Both the position numbers and the translations under genes were made by a program. DNA of 64,000 bases from a virus (lineage: Duplodnaviria; Heunggongvirae; Uroviricota; Caudoviricetes), in the IMG/VR virus record IMGVR_UViG_3300048598_000131. One strand, given 5' to 3'. Position 1 is the first letter of the stretch; each line of letters opens with the position of its first letter. Shown in pieces: positions 35,029-45,349 of this stretch. The notes under the pieces were generated by a model. It was given only the letters and a program-made list of their open reading frames with translations, did not search any database and was not told the origin of the DNA.

Positions 35029-35309
35029 AGATCGATAATGTGCACACTGATGATGCAGGTAGGTTAGTCGTGAACTATATTGTTAGTCATTCTACTCCTG
35101 GAAGAGAAGGTACAACTGTGTCTGAACCAATGACACTAACCTGTGCTAATAGAGGCAGCGGCGAATGGACGTGCAGCATGAAAATAGAAGACGCTACTGG
35201 TGATACGCCGCAAGCTGTATTGCTCAAGCTTCAATCTTGGCTTGAGCGCTTAAGCATTGCGCTAAAAGATAGCGAGAAGGCTACTGTGACACTGCCAGGT
35301 AGATTTTAG
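35007..35309 (+). CDS. hypothetical protein
   Basis: 100-aa ORF. Confidence 0.45.
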   Translation: MERIAMLKIDNVHTDDAGRLVVNYIVSHSTPGREGTTVSEPMTLTCANRGSGEWTCSMKIEDATGDTPQAVLLKLQSWLERLSIALKDSEKATVTLPGRF

Positions 35310-36439
35310 GCCTTGATGACGTCAATCTTGAGTGTTTTGTCTGCCTTTTCGACACTTAATTCATACTTTGTTCCACTGAGTGTGCAGCCAATAGCAGTGA
35401 GCAATCCTGTGATTTCAGCGATCTTTTCAGCGCTTTGAACTAAGCAATCATAGTGGCCGTAGGGTGAATCATAGTCATCGCTTACTTTGTAGTAATGAAG
35501 CATGTCACCCTTAATCGCAACATTGCCTACCTCAGTGACAGTTATGCTCTTATTACTGACAGAGCGTGCGCGAATGGTAATCTCAGGATTATCAAGTTTA
35601 CCCTCTGTGAATCCAGTGATTGGTCGGGCAAGGAGCAGAGTTAACTTCAAAATTAATCCATTTTTTGCTTCTAAAGCCTTTTCAGCTTCTGTCGGCTGAA
35701 TTGCGATACCAATCCATTCAAATCGATATCCAGGCTTTTCGTTGAAAGCGTCCAGATCATCAATAGCATCGGCAGACAGATAGTATTCAGCGGTATGGCG
35801 TAGCTGGACGTAGTTGATATCTTTAACCCTGTGAGTAGAACCATCGGGCATCTCTTTGCTCTTGCAAACAAAGCGCTTGATGGGGCAGTCTGGACGTATC
35901 TTGTAGCCGTATTTTTGAGCCTCCGTAGCTGCCATTTCAACCGTCATCTCAGGCATGCTCGCCGCAGCAGGTAATTTAGGTGCAGCTTGTTTCGGCGCAG
36001 CCTGCTGGTTTACGATGGCATTGGCTTTAGCAGCTGTCTCAGCGTCAGGAGCCATCCAGCACTTGTTATCCGAATTCCAGCGGCATCCAAGGGCTTTCAG
36101 CCTGTCTTTCACAGGATAGGTATTTCCGGTGATCGGTACCTGCTGTGCACGCTTTTGTGCGAATGCTGCGTCAGCAGCTGTGGCCGCATCAAGATCTGCT
36201 TGATTTGGATTGCTTAAGCCAGCAATCAGTTGTCGAATAGACCGGTCCCCAGTGACAGTCCATCGAGGATCATTTTCGCCGTTGCCTGATCTAGCCCAAA
36301 ATTTTCCACCATGCTTTTTGATGATTTCTCGATACTTACGCGTATCACCTCTGATTACAGCAGTAGGCCTGGTGTAATCAGTTAAAATTTTCACAACTAA
36401 TTCTGCCGGTAATTTCTGTGTTTTATATTCGGCGCTCAT
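35306..36439 (-). CDS. hypothetical protein (377 aa), minus strand
   Basis: Long minus-strand ORF. Its own conserved promoter motif lies upstream on the minus strand. Confidence 0.6.
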   Translation of the reverse strand: MSAEYKTQKLPAELVVKILTDYTRPTAVIRGDTRKYREIIKKHGGKFWARSGNGENDPRWTVTGDRSIRQLIAGLSNPNQADLDAATAADAAFAQKRAQQVPITGNTYPVKDRLKALGCRWNSDNKCWMAPDAETAAKANAIVNQQAAPKQAAPKLPAAASMPEMTVEMAATEAQKYGYKIRPDCPIKRFVCKSKEMPDGSTHRVKDINYVQLRHTAEYYLSADAIDDLDAFNEKPGYRFEWIGIAIQPTEAEKALEAKNGLILKLTLLLARPITGFTEGKLDNPEITIRARSVSNKSITVTEVGNVAIKGDMLHYYKVSDDYDSPYGHYDCLVQSAEKIAEITGLLTAIGCTLSGTKYELSVEKADKTLKIDVIKA

Positions 36440-36444
36440 GTTTG

Positions 36445-36485
36445 TACTATGGCATACTTTAACTATTCGTCAACATTAAATTTTA
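36445..36485 (-). promoter_or_regulatory. sigma70-type promoter on minus strand (reverse complement of AAAATAAAATTTAATGTTGACG)
   Basis: On the plus strand, GTCAACATTAAATTTTATTTT at 36468-36489. Drives the minus-strand gene that starts at 36439. Confidence 0.45.
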
Positions 36486-36571
36486 TTTTGTTTTGTAAGT
36501 TGACAAATAGGCTATGAGTTGTAGGTTAAACGCTGTTAATTCCATAGTTGTTTTAGTTGTTTAATCGTGTA

Positions 36572-36600
36572 AACAGCGTACTATTTAGTACGCTGTTTTT
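36572..36600 (+). terminator. rho-independent terminator-like hairpin
   Basis: AACAGCGTAC tattta GTACGCTGTT, then TTT. Confidence 0.5.
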
Positions 36601-36604
36601 GTTA

Positions 36605-36643
36605 AAATTAAAAGTTGACATAGCGCTATTAAGCTTTTAATTT
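36605..36643 (+). promoter_or_regulatory. sigma70-type promoter (AAAATTAAAAGTTGACA ... TAATTT)
   Basis: TTGACA at 36615-36620 and TAATTT at 36638-36643 (17-bp spacer). Confidence 0.45.
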
Positions 36644-36736
36644 AATACATGTCCTTCTTTTTAAAAATCTTTTCAAAAAGGCACAAGAAGAAGCGACAGC
36701 CTTCGCTACCCACAGAATCACAGAATAGACACATAT

Positions 36737-37204
36737 GTGTATACTGTGAGTATAAGAAGAAACCATTTTGTGACTGTAGTTTGTGTCAAAAATGTAATGA
36801 GTAGTATGGCTAAGACAAAAAAATCAGTGCATCAAGCACACCAAATAAATCATGTAAATCAAGTAAAGCGAGTCCAACCCACGAAAGGCCCGTACACGCG
36901 CAGTGATTGTGCAGTAAAAGGTCCAAAGGGCGAGCCAATAATTTATTGCTCTTCTTGTTGGGGTACTCATACTTTTCAAGATCCAGAGCGGGGGCAGGAA
37001 AGCTGCACAGATTACAGTGTAAACGATGATGAGGCCAGAGCAAATGCTGACTTTATTGTTAAAGCCTGCAACAATTACGAAGTGATGCGTGATCTCTTGG
37101 ACAAGGCTTCAGCACAGCTATTTAAGATAGCAACATCTTCAGAGGAGAATGAATTGGCTCTTAATATCGCTGCTCTTCTGCACAAGCTTGAAATTACGGG
37201 CTAA
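36737..37204 (+). CDS. hypothetical Cys-containing protein
   Basis: 155-aa ORF. Alternative in-frame starts at 36797 and 36806. Confidence 0.45.
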   Translation: MYTVSIRRNHFVTVVCVKNVMSSMAKTKKSVHQAHQINHVNQVKRVQPTKGPYTRSDCAVKGPKGEPIIYCSSCWGTHTFQDPERGQESCTDYSVNDDEARANADFIVKACNNYEVMRDLLDKASAQLFKIATSSEENELALNIAALLHKLEITG

Positions 37205-37573
37205 ATCTGTGATGCGCCTTAAGCGTTTTTTACGCTGTTCCTACTTGGCAATGTATATTGCTATAACGAGAGAACAATACATCCGCAGAAAGTGTATGTA
37301 TGTGCATTATTTTGTTAACAGCTATCTAGCTGTAGTTCCAAATACTTGGTTTTGTAATTACTGTAAGAGACAATCGAATAATTTGATATACAAGCGAATT
37401 CCTAGAGTTTATAGAAAAAAGAATTTAAAAGGTCTGCTGCTTTGCGTTACTCACTTTAAGGTTACGCCTGCGTACTTAGACGGTGGTGAGGGCATGTATA
37501 TTGCCGCAGGTCCCTACTTAACACCGCTGCGCAAAAGACGCCGGTTCTTAGACAACGTTCGCTATCTGCTAGG

Positions 37574-37587
37574 TGTTCCACGTGGAA
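37574..37587. promoter_or_regulatory. perfect 14-bp palindrome GTTCCACGTGGAAC 4 nt upstream of the ATG at 37592
   Basis: Read directly from the sequence. Candidate operator or translational-control site. Confidence 0.3.
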
Positions 37588-37591
37588 CAAA

Positions 37592-38089
37592 ATGACACTC
37601 ACTGAAAATAACATTGCTCAGCTGATAATATCACGGTCTAGGTCTCGTATTATAATGCCACGATATACTCCGTCTAACTGGTGGGAGTGTGATGTTTACG
37701 AGATCACGGATTCTGGTTACGCACGAGAGTACGAGATTAAGCTGAGTGTTTCGGATTTTAAGGCCGATGCTGATAAGTGGGACAGAAAGCACACGCGCAA
37801 TAAGCACTGTTTACTCGAATCAGCTGATGAACAGTGTCCCAAACATTTCTATTTTGTAGTGCCAGAATCTTTGATATCAGTGGCTGAAGTCCCAGTTTGG
37901 GCTGGTCTCATTTACGTAATTGACAATCATCCAGGCAGTTTGTTTGGAACTGTTTACTCAAGATTTTGCTTAAGCACCGTGAAAGAAGCTCCAGTGATTA
38001 ACGCTAAAAAAGTTTCTGACAAACAAATTAATGCTGTCAAAGAAACTGGTTATTGGAGATATAGGTCTATGCTTTTAAATTCTAAATAG
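37592..38089 (+). CDS. hypothetical protein (possible PD-(D/E)xK-like motif ECDVYEIT...EYEIKLS)
   Basis: 165-aa ORF. The nuclease assignment is only a motif-level guess. Confidence 0.45.
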   Translation: MTLTENNIAQLIISRSRSRIIMPRYTPSNWWECDVYEITDSGYAREYEIKLSVSDFKADADKWDRKHTRNKHCLLESADEQCPKHFYFVVPESLISVAEVPVWAGLIYVIDNHPGSLFGTVYSRFCLSTVKEAPVINAKKVSDKQINAVKETGYWRYRSMLLNSK

Positions 38090-38344
38090 TTATGGAAAGT
38101 ACCAAGCTCTCGAAAGAACGACGCGTAGCTGAAACAAAAATTGCGTTAGATCGCACTAAATCACTTGATTTTAAACTTGTTGCCTATCTCGCCTTTAATC
38201 GAAGAAAATCTGGGCTAAAACAGGCGTAATTAGGCTATAACAATTTTAAAATAAGATTGTTGCACTATGTAGAATACTGTGTTATGCTGAGACTAGGCTA
38301 AATTCGAGCAGGCGTTCTAAACTGACAGCGTATTTAAAACAGCT

Positions 38345-38977
38345 ATGATTCCTACAAACCCATATGGAAATGTGGATTTAACGCACGGTGATGTTCCTAA
38401 AGGCTGTGTACACGTTCCAGGACAGCGGTTATCGGTTACGTGCAAGTCTATAGGCATTGAATGTGCTCCAGCAGTTACAGGATGGTCCAAAAATCGTTAC
38501 GGTTATTCTCCGGTTACAGACGGTGTTGTAATCCACGCTAAGGACAAAGCTAAGTTGCTCGCAGCTATTGCCAAGCGCGATAAAAATCGTTTATCTCCAG
38601 CTTCAAGACTGGCTCTACGTGCAAAGAGACAAAAGCGTGATACAGCTGATTTTTCTGAGCTGATACGCCAAAGATATCCATCAATGCCAGAAAGCGATGT
38701 AATGGCCTGTGCTGAGCATGCTACAGAGATAGGAAGTGGCAGAGTTGGCCGGACGTCAGATGATGTGGATACTGTGCGTTGTGCGGTTGTAGCTTATGCA
38801 CGTCACAACTACACAGACTATGATAGTCTACTTAGCAGATATAGAAGTTCAGGTAGTGATGGCCGAGACCAGGCCAGAGAAGAAGTATCGGATGATATTC
38901 GCAAAAAGGTAGCTGAGTGGGAAACGCCTAAGCCATCAGTTGCCGAGTGTATTGTGTCCAGTTTGATTAGTCAATAA
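38345..38977 (+). CDS. hypothetical basic protein
   Basis: 210-aa ORF. Confidence 0.5.
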   Translation: MIPTNPYGNVDLTHGDVPKGCVHVPGQRLSVTCKSIGIECAPAVTGWSKNRYGYSPVTDGVVIHAKDKAKLLAAIAKRDKNRLSPASRLALRAKRQKRDTADFSELIRQRYPSMPESDVMACAEHATEIGSGRVGRTSDDVDTVRCAVVAYARHNYTDYDSLLSRYRSSGSDGRDQAREEVSDDIRKKVAEWETPKPSVAECIVSSLISQ

Positions 38978-39012
38978 TTTCCTGCCGTTGTCTTAATCTT
39001 AGACGACGCTTA

Positions 39013-39047
39013 TAGCGCCCAAGGTGCTTTTCCGTCACCTTGGGCGC
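39013..39047. terminator. strong hairpin between convergent genes (bidirectional terminator candidate)
   Basis: AGCGCCCAAGGTG cttttccgt CACCTTGGGCGCT. A 13-bp perfect stem. Confidence 0.6.
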
Positions 39048-39059
39048 TCTTATGTACAG

Positions 39060-39440
39060 TTATACCGTTTTACAGTCGTTTTCATCTTTTACGACATAGC
39101 CTGTGTCTTGCCTATTTAGATTTATTTTATTTTTAGCGACGTAAGCTGCGTACATATCATCTGCGCTGATGCCCATGACTTGTGCTAGGCTGATGATGAA
39201 GTGCAGCATGTCAACAATCTCAACTTTTGCATTTTGCTTATCGAATTTTTGATAGTGTGCCCACCATTTCCAAGGCACGCTGTCTGTGAGCTCAGCAAGC
39301 TCTTGCGAGAGTGCACGACAGTAGTTCAGGGTCCATTTTATTTGCTCGGCTTCTGTCATACTGTCGGTATCAACACCGATTCTGGCGTTGAGTGCCTTTT
39401 GCATTTGAAATAGCGAATTTAATTTATCTGAATTTTCCAT
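39060..39440 (-). CDS. MazG-like / all-alpha NTP pyrophosphohydrolase (dimeric dUTPase-like)
   Basis: EAEQIKWTLNYCRALSQELAELTDSVPWKWWA and DMLHFIISLAQVMG have a MazG/dimeric-dUTPase-like helical pattern. Confidence 0.5.
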   Translation of the reverse strand: MENSDKLNSLFQMQKALNARIGVDTDSMTEAEQIKWTLNYCRALSQELAELTDSVPWKWWAHYQKFDKQNAKVEIVDMLHFIISLAQVMGISADDMYAAYVAKNKINLNRQDTGYVVKDENDCKTV

Positions 39441-39519
39441 TCAAAATAGAACAAATTATATTTTTGTGTTGACTATACAATAGCTTGGCCTATAAAAGGT
39501 AAAAATCATTGCAACTCTT

Positions 39520-39714
39520 ATGACAAATCATATTCTATTAAGCGTGAATAACGCGATTAAACGTTGTAAAATACTCGCAGTTATCGATGACTATTACCTG
39601 GTTAAAGTCGGTAACGGATTAAATAGATTCAGAGTATATTGCGACGGATTCACAAGTTATAAGGAATATTCAGATTTGCCACATAGGTGGCAGCGAGCAA
39701 TTAAGACAGTATGA
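39520..39714 (+). CDS. hypothetical small protein
   Basis: 64 aa. Overlaps the thyA start (ATGA). Confidence 0.4.
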   Translation: MTNHILLSVNNAIKRCKILAVIDDYYLVKVGNGLNRFRVYCDGFTSYKEYSDLPHRWQRAIKTV

Positions 39715-40505
39715 AGCAATATCTACAATTATTAGATCACGTATTAACACACGGTAAATTACGTCATAATCGAACAGGAGTGGATACCTGCTCTGTGTTT
39801 GGCGCACAAACCACATTCGATTTAAGTCAAGGGTTTCCTTTGTTAACCACGAAGAAAATGCACCTAAAATCGGTCATTTATGAACTGCTTTGGTTCATAA
39901 AAGGAGACACTAATATTAAGTATTTAAACGATAATGGTGTCTCTATCTGGAATGAGTGGGCAGACGCAAATGGAAACTTAGGTCCTGTATACGGTGAGCA
40001 ATGGCGGCGTTGGAAAACTTCAGATGGCAGAGTTGTTGACCAACTTGGAAATGTGATACAGGAAATCAGGAGTAATCCAAGTAGTAGAAGACTTATCGTA
40101 TGTGCGTGGAATCCAGGAGAAGTGGATAAGATGGCGCTTCCTCCGTGTCATACCCTTTTTCAATTTTACGTCCACGACGGCTTATTGGATTGTCAGCTTT
40201 ATCAGCGTAGCGCCGATTTATTTCTGGGCGTTCCGTTTAATATCGCATCGTATGCCCTATTGACGATGATGGTTGCACAAGTATGCAATCTTGAACCAGG
40301 TAACTTTGTGCATACTTTTGGCGATCTTCACCTTTATTCAACACATTTAGACTTAGCCCGGATGCAGCTAAAGCGCGAGCCACGGCCATTACCGACAATG
40401 CAGCTAAATCCAGTTATAATTGATATTGATGCTTTTGGCTATAGCGATTTTACGCTTACCGGATACTATCCTCACGAAGCAATTAAGGCAGAGGTTGTGG
40501 TGTAG
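39711..40505 (+). CDS. thyA: thymidylate synthase
   Basis: Near-complete match to the classical ThyA signature: RTGVDT..FG, LLWF.KGDTN, ALPPCH..FQFYV (catalytic Cys), [25 protein letters not shown] (Asn giving dUMP specificity), GDLHLY. Confidence 0.92.
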   Translation: MKQYLQLLDHVLTHGKLRHNRTGVDTCSVFGAQTTFDLSQGFPLLTTKKMHLKSVIYELLWFIKGDTNIKYLNDNGVSIWNEWADANGNLGPVYGEQWRRWKTSDGRVVDQLGNVIQEIRSNPSSRRLIVCAWNPGEVDKMALPPCHTLFQFYVHDGLLDCQLYQRSADLFLGVPFNIASYALLTMMVAQVCNLEPGNFVHTFGDLHLYSTHLDLARMQLKREPRPLPTMQLNPVIIDIDAFGYSDFTLTGYYPHEAIKAEVVV

Positions 40506-40518
40506 ACAACAATAATTT

Positions 40519-40803
40519 ATGAAAAATTTGAGTGCAGAAGAAATTACTAATATATACGCAGAAACCATAAAAGAGGCTAAAAGGCGATTTGACGAAGCCA
40601 TGTTTAGCCTAAGGTCAATAGACTATACGATTGGCACTAACGTGCGCTATATGGATAAAAGTGACTGGGTACAGGCTGTAGTTGTTGATCACAGCTTAAG
40701 CTATCCGTCTACGATTATTGTAAAGCGTAAAGACGATGGCACACTAGTTAGGGTAGATCTAATTGATGTTAAAAAATCAGTGGAGACAAAAAATGACCTT
40801 TGA
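40519..40803 (+). CDS. hypothetical protein
   Basis: 94-aa ORF. Confidence 0.45.
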   Translation: MKNLSAEEITNIYAETIKEAKRRFDEAMFSLRSIDYTIGTNVRYMDKSDWVQAVVVDHSLSYPSTIIVKRKDDGTLVRVDLIDVKKSVETKNDL

Positions 40804-41056
40804 AGAATCTGTTAGTTGCTTAGCCGACGCTCTCAAACAATCTCAGGACAAACTGGTTGCTGACTATAATCGAGATGTGCTTAAGCTGTGTGAGAAAGAA
40901 CTGCCTGTTGGAACAGCTGTACATTGGATGTGCTGTGATGGCACTAGCGAAGATGGCGTTGTAGTAGGCTACAGTACAAATGCTACAGTGATTGCGCGTA
41001 TGTTCGACGGTCTTACTGAAGAGTTGAACGTGGATCAGATTGTAAAAAACAGTTAG
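40763..41056 (+). CDS. hypothetical protein
   Basis: The likely true start is the in-frame ATG at 40793, preceded by GGAGA. Confidence 0.45.
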   Translation: MMLKNQWRQKMTFEESVSCLADALKQSQDKLVADYNRDVLKLCEKELPVGTAVHWMCCDGTSEDGVVVGYSTNATVIARMFDGLTEELNVDQIVKNS

Positions 41057-41098
41057 TTACGCAAGTAAAATCAAGTTAGCTGCGTAAACGTAGTTAAC

Positions 41099-43495
41099 TT
41101 GATGTTTGCGAGTAATGCCTACTATCAGTACGTTGATGCACACGGGCGCCTAATCTTTGTATCTGGCGGAAGTCTCATAGACAAAGGGGATTGGACGGCC
41201 TTGTCAGATTATGCGTACGGAAATGTAGTAGCTTACTCAGATAATCTTTATGTTGCTTTAGGGACAATTAGTGCACCTGGATCAACACCGGCGGCTTTAA
41301 CCTACGGTTACACAGATAATCCACTGTGGGCTGAGCTAACGTTAAAGATGGTGAGTGTTCCATCCACAGGTGGAACTACGGTTACACCGCCTACTACAGC
41401 TGTTAGTAGCTTAGATACGGGAGCTGTCTATCAGATTGTAAATGGCTATGGAATATCGAAGTACATATCTGGTAGTAATGTAACACTAAAGGGACCTTGG
41501 GACACTACGGTATCTTACATTGTAAATGACGCTGTAATTTACAACGGTGTTATTCTTGTGTGCGTAGTTCCTGTATCTCCTCCACAGACTTATCCTTATT
41601 TAGGCGTCTATGGCACAGGTAACTTTACTTATTGGTCTTATCTTACATTGACTAGCTACACTAGCTCGTCAGTGCTAGTAACCGGGTACACTGCTTATCA
41701 GAGCCAAGTTGTACTAGGTGGTCCTACTGGTCCAACAGGCTATACAGGCTACACAGGTTCATCTGGTGATCAGGGTTCGACGGGTTTTACCGGCTATACA
41801 GGATATACGGGTCCATTGGGATTCACAGGTTACACAGGCTATACTGGACCTTTTGGCTTGGGTGACACAGGATATACAGGATACACTGGAACTACGGGAC
41901 CTCAGGGCATACCTGGAATTCAAGGCTCAACCGGTTATACAGGTTACACAGGACCACAAGGTCAAGATTCTACAGTAACGGGTTATACGGGATTTACAGG
42001 CTACACGGGTTCTCCAGGAACTAATGGAATTCAAGGTTCAACCGGTTATACAGGGTACACCGGTCCTACTGGACCTGGAAATTTTACAGGTTACACTGGC
42101 TATACAGGCGTTTCTGGATCACAGGGATCCACAGGTTACACAGGATTTACAGGTCCACAGGGAAACCAAGGTAATCAAGGTTTAATCGGTTACACTGGAT
42201 TTACAGGATATACTGGAAGTCAAGGTGGAGTAGGCAGCACAGGCTACACTGGCTATCAAGGTCCTACAGGATACACTGGTTATACTGGTCCACAAGGTAT
42301 TCAGGGTGTAACAGGGTATACCGGCTACACAGGATATACCGGAAGAACGGGTTACACAGGGTACACCGGACCTACAGGCGTTACAGGATACACAGGGTAC
42401 ACTGGACCGTCTGGAAGTAACGGTAGTCAAGGGACTACCGGTTATACAGGTTACACTGGAAATCAAGGATCCACGGGCTATACAGGATATACTGGTCCAA
42501 CAGGAACTGCTTCGAATGTAACGGGTTACACTGGATATACCGGTCCGCAGGGATCATCCTATACGGGTTACACAGGATATACTGGTGGATTAGGGAGCAC
42601 AGGACAGACCGGTTACACCGGTTATACTGGCCCGGCAGGACTAGCATCCACTGTAACTGGATACACTGGCTATACGGGACCTTCAGGCAGCAATGGAAGT
42701 CAGGGCACTACCGGTTATACGGGATATTCAGGTTCATCAGGCACTACGGGATATACAGGCTACACCGGTCCTTCAGGAAGTAACGGTAGTCAAGGTTCAA
42801 CAGGCTACACAGGTTACACAGGACCTGCTGTAACAGGCTATACCGGTTTTACAGGTCCAGCTTCTACAGTAACAGGATATACTGGCTACACGGGATATAC
42901 CGGTAGGACAGGTTATACAGGATACACTGGTCCACAAGGACAAACAGGATATACGGGTTATACTGGTCCAACGGGTGCTGCTTCTACTATTACAGGATAC
43001 ACTGGATACACGGGCTACACAGGTTCGTCTGGAGCTGCATCTACGATTACTGGTTATACAGGTTACACTGGGCCTTCAGGTAGTAACGGAAGCCAGGGCA
43101 ACACAGGATATACGGGTTATACAGGATACGCGTCAACAGTTACGGGTTATACCGGTTACACAGGCCCACAAGGATTAGCCTCTACAATAACAGGGTATAC
43201 CGGTTATACCGGTTCTCAAGGTGGCATAGGTTCTACGGGATATACAGGTTACACAGGTTCATCTGGTAATACTGGTTCATCCGGTTCAACTGGTTACACA
43301 GGGTACACAGGATATACAGGACCACAAGGGATAGCTTCCACCATAACTGGATACACAGGATACACCGGAATATCAGGTTCAACTGGCTATACTGGCTATA
43401 CAGGTCCTCAGGGTCCAACCGGTCCAAGCGGCTCAGGCGGATCAGGCGACGTAACAGCAGCCTATGTGGCTGCGATTGCAATTGCACTAGGATAA
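41099..43495 (+). CDS. collagen-like triple-helix-repeat protein (Gly-Tyr-Thr triplets), fibre protein 1
   Basis: About 200-aa N-terminal non-repeat domain (..[16 protein letters not shown]..). Then about 600 aa of uninterrupted G-X-Y triplets, dominated by [20 protein letters not shown]. Confidence 0.75.
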   Translation: MMFASNAYYQYVDAHGRLIFVSGGSLIDKGDWTALSDYAYGNVVAYSDNLYVALGTISAPGSTPAALTYGYTDNPLWAELTLKMVSVPSTGGTTVTPPTTAVSSLDTGAVYQIVNGYGISKYISGSNVTLKGPWDTTVSYIVNDAVIYNGVILVCVVPVSPPQTYPYLGVYGTGNFTYWSYLTLTSYTSSSVLVTGYTAYQSQVVLGGPTGPTGYTGYTGSSGDQGSTGFTGYTGYTGPLGFTGYTGYTGPFGLGDTGYTGYTGTTGPQGIPGIQGSTGYTGYTGPQGQDSTVTGYTGFTGYTGSPGTNGIQGSTGYTGYTGPTGPGNFTGYTGYTGVSGSQGSTGYTGFTGPQGNQGNQGLIGYTGFTGYTGSQGGVGSTGYTGYQGPTGYTGYTGPQGIQGVTGYTGYTGYTGRTGYTGYTGPTGVTGYTGYTGPSGSNGSQGTTGYTGYTGNQGSTGYTGYTGPTGTASNVTGYTGYTGPQGSSYTGYTGYTGGLGSTGQTGYTGYTGPAGLASTVTGYTGYTGPSGSNGSQGTTGYTGYSGSSGTTGYTGYTGPSGSNGSQGSTGYTGYTGPAVTGYTGFTGPASTVTGYTGYTGYTGRTGYTGYTGPQGQTGYTGYTGPTGAASTITGYTGYTGYTGSSGAASTITGYTGYTGPSGSNGSQGNTGYTGYTGYASTVTGYTGYTGPQGLASTITGYTGYTGSQGGIGSTGYTGYTGSSGNTGSSGSTGYTGYTGYTGPQGIASTITGYTGYTGISGSTGYTGYTGPQGPTGPSGSGGSGDVTAAYVAAIAIALG

Positions 43496-43499
43496 ATCT

Positions 43500-44627
43500 A
43501 TGAATTACGACGGAGCTACTGGCTACACAGGTTATACAGGTTACACTGGCCCTTCAGGAGGACCGGCAGGACCTCGCGGAGTAGACGGTCCAACAGGTTA
43601 CACTGGCTACACAGGTCCACAAGGCGCTACAGGTCCAGGTTATACGGGGCCTCAAGGAGCCATGGGGCTAAAAGGCACTACGGGCTATACGGGCTATACT
43701 GGTGCATCTGGCTCGGACGGCAGAAGCTATACAGGTCCTCAAGGCGTCCAAGGAGGGACTGGCTATACAGGTTATACAGGATACACTGGATCAACTGGAT
43801 CAACAGGTCCAGGCTATACAGGTCCACAGGGACCAGCCGGATTAAAAGGAAGCACTGGTTACACTGGCTATACCGGCGCAGCAGGCAGAGATGGTGCTAG
43901 CTATACAGGTTACACAGGACCTCAAGGCCTAAGGGGATTTACAGGCTATACGGGTTACACTGGAGTAGGCGGCGTCACCGGTTACACAGGCTACACAGGT
44001 CCAATGGGAATTATGGGGAGTAGAGGATACACTGGCCCTCAGGGCGATACCGGCTACACCGGTTATACTGGCTATACTGGAAGTAGAGGGCTGTCCGTGA
44101 CTGGCTACACTGGCTATACAGGTCCTAGTGGCACAGTAGGCACGACAGGCTCACAAGGCACTACGGGCTATACCGGCTACACAGGTTCAGCCTCTACAGT
44201 CACTGGCTATACGGGTTACACAGGCCCGCAGGGCATAATAGGCAAGGGTGGTAGTCAAGGTCCTGTCGGTTATACTGGATACACTGGTTATACCGGCCAA
44301 TCTGGTGACATGGGTCCACGTGGATTTACAGGATATACCGGTTACACTGGTCCTAAGGGACCAGCAGGTGGTGGAATACGCGGTGTAAGCGGCGTTATTG
44401 ATTTGGACACGTCTTCTGTATCGGGCAGCTTCAGCGTAGCCGTTGATTTTAGCACATTAACGTCTGTAGTGCTTACAGTAGCACGGCCACATGGATCTTC
44501 GGTTATTTATGCCAATCTGGATAGCTCTGCCACGTATTATAGTAATGGTTCTATCGTCGTAGGCTACGATCTAAGCGCACTTCCAGCAACAGATGCCTAT
44601 CGTCTGCATTATGTGATTTTAGCTTAA
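43500..44627 (+). CDS. collagen-like triple-helix-repeat protein, fibre protein 2
   Basis: G-X-Y triplets for about 290 aa. The C-terminal roughly 85-aa non-collagen domain is [12 protein letters not shown]...YRLHYVILA. Starts 4 nt after the previous collagen-like gene. Confidence 0.75.
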   Translation: MNYDGATGYTGYTGYTGPSGGPAGPRGVDGPTGYTGYTGPQGATGPGYTGPQGAMGLKGTTGYTGYTGASGSDGRSYTGPQGVQGGTGYTGYTGYTGSTGSTGPGYTGPQGPAGLKGSTGYTGYTGAAGRDGASYTGYTGPQGLRGFTGYTGYTGVGGVTGYTGYTGPMGIMGSRGYTGPQGDTGYTGYTGYTGSRGLSVTGYTGYTGPSGTVGTTGSQGTTGYTGYTGSASTVTGYTGYTGPQGIIGKGGSQGPVGYTGYTGYTGQSGDMGPRGFTGYTGYTGPKGPAGGGIRGVSGVIDLDTSSVSGSFSVAVDFSTLTSVVLTVARPHGSSVIYANLDSSATYYSNGSIVVGYDLSALPATDAYRLHYVILA

Positions 44628-44638
44628 TTAAAGACAAA

Positions 44639-44673
44639 TGTTAACGTGCGTCTAGTTCTAGCACACGTTAACA
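44639..44673. promoter_or_regulatory. inverted repeat TGTTAACGTG-N15-CACGTTAACA
   Basis: 10-bp perfect arms at 44639-44648 and 44664-44673. Lies directly after the collagen-like gene 2 stop. No T-run follows. Confidence 0.3.
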
Positions 44674-44729
44674 ATATACAGGAGTTTAACACTTGAATTT
44701 GTTTAAGTCAGTATAGAACTATTTAAACT

Positions 44730-44972
44730 ATGACAATTTCTGCTAGTTTAGTCTACCGTGCTGTTAATGGAGACGATACGGCACATAATCAACTTGTAGC
44801 TTTTATTTCTGAAAATATAGCTAATGGCTTTAATTTTGATGATTTAGTCGTTGAAGCTGCGGATTGTGAAGCTAGTCAAGTACCAACAGACTATCAATTA
44901 GATTGCTATCAGCAGAGGCTAATAAAAGACGTAGCGCATCATTTCATTGAGCACAAACTTGTAATTAAATAA
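44730..44972 (+). CDS. hypothetical protein
   Basis: 80-aa ORF. Confidence 0.45.
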   Translation: MTISASLVYRAVNGDDTAHNQLVAFISENIANGFNFDDLVVEAADCEASQVPTDYQLDCYQQRLIKDVAHHFIEHKLVIK

Positions 44973-45349
44973 TGCTGCGATACAAGGACATACACATTAC
45001 TGCTGTAGGCGACGGATTTGTTGTAGCTAGATACGTTGTAGATGGACACAGTAGACATTTAGTTTACTGGAATAACGATAATGCGCAGTGGTTGTCTAGC
45101 TGTGCAAAACCGATGTCGTACGCGTTAGCTAATACTCTACAGCATAAGCTGGCTGATGCAGAGCTACAAGAACTATACACTTATGATTCAGTAGCATATC
45201 TAAGATCAGTTAATCCTATATTAGGACTGCGATTAGTTCTTAAAAAACTAATTTCTAAGCACAAGCTAGCAGGCTATTCTGCGCGCTGTTTTAGATATAA
45301 GCTGTCCAAGTGTAGGCTTAAAATTGCGAAAGCATTATGCGAACACTAG
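44972..45349 (+). CDS. hypothetical protein
   Basis: 125-aa ORF. Confidence 0.45.
   Translation: MLRYKDIHITAVGDGFVVARYVVDGHSRHLVYWNNDNAQWLSSCAKPMSYALANTLQHKLADAELQELYTYDSVAYLRSVNPILGLRLVLKKLISKHKLAGYSARCFRYKLSKCRLKIAKALCEH

Noticed and set aside
37149-37595. 148-aa plus-strand ORF between 37204 and 37592
   Set aside because: Unusual composition (Tyr/Arg/Cys/Lys-rich). It starts inside the previous gene. It spans a region that looks more like a 390-bp intergenic spacer ending in the GTTCCACGTGGAAC palindrome. Kept only as a low-probability possibility.
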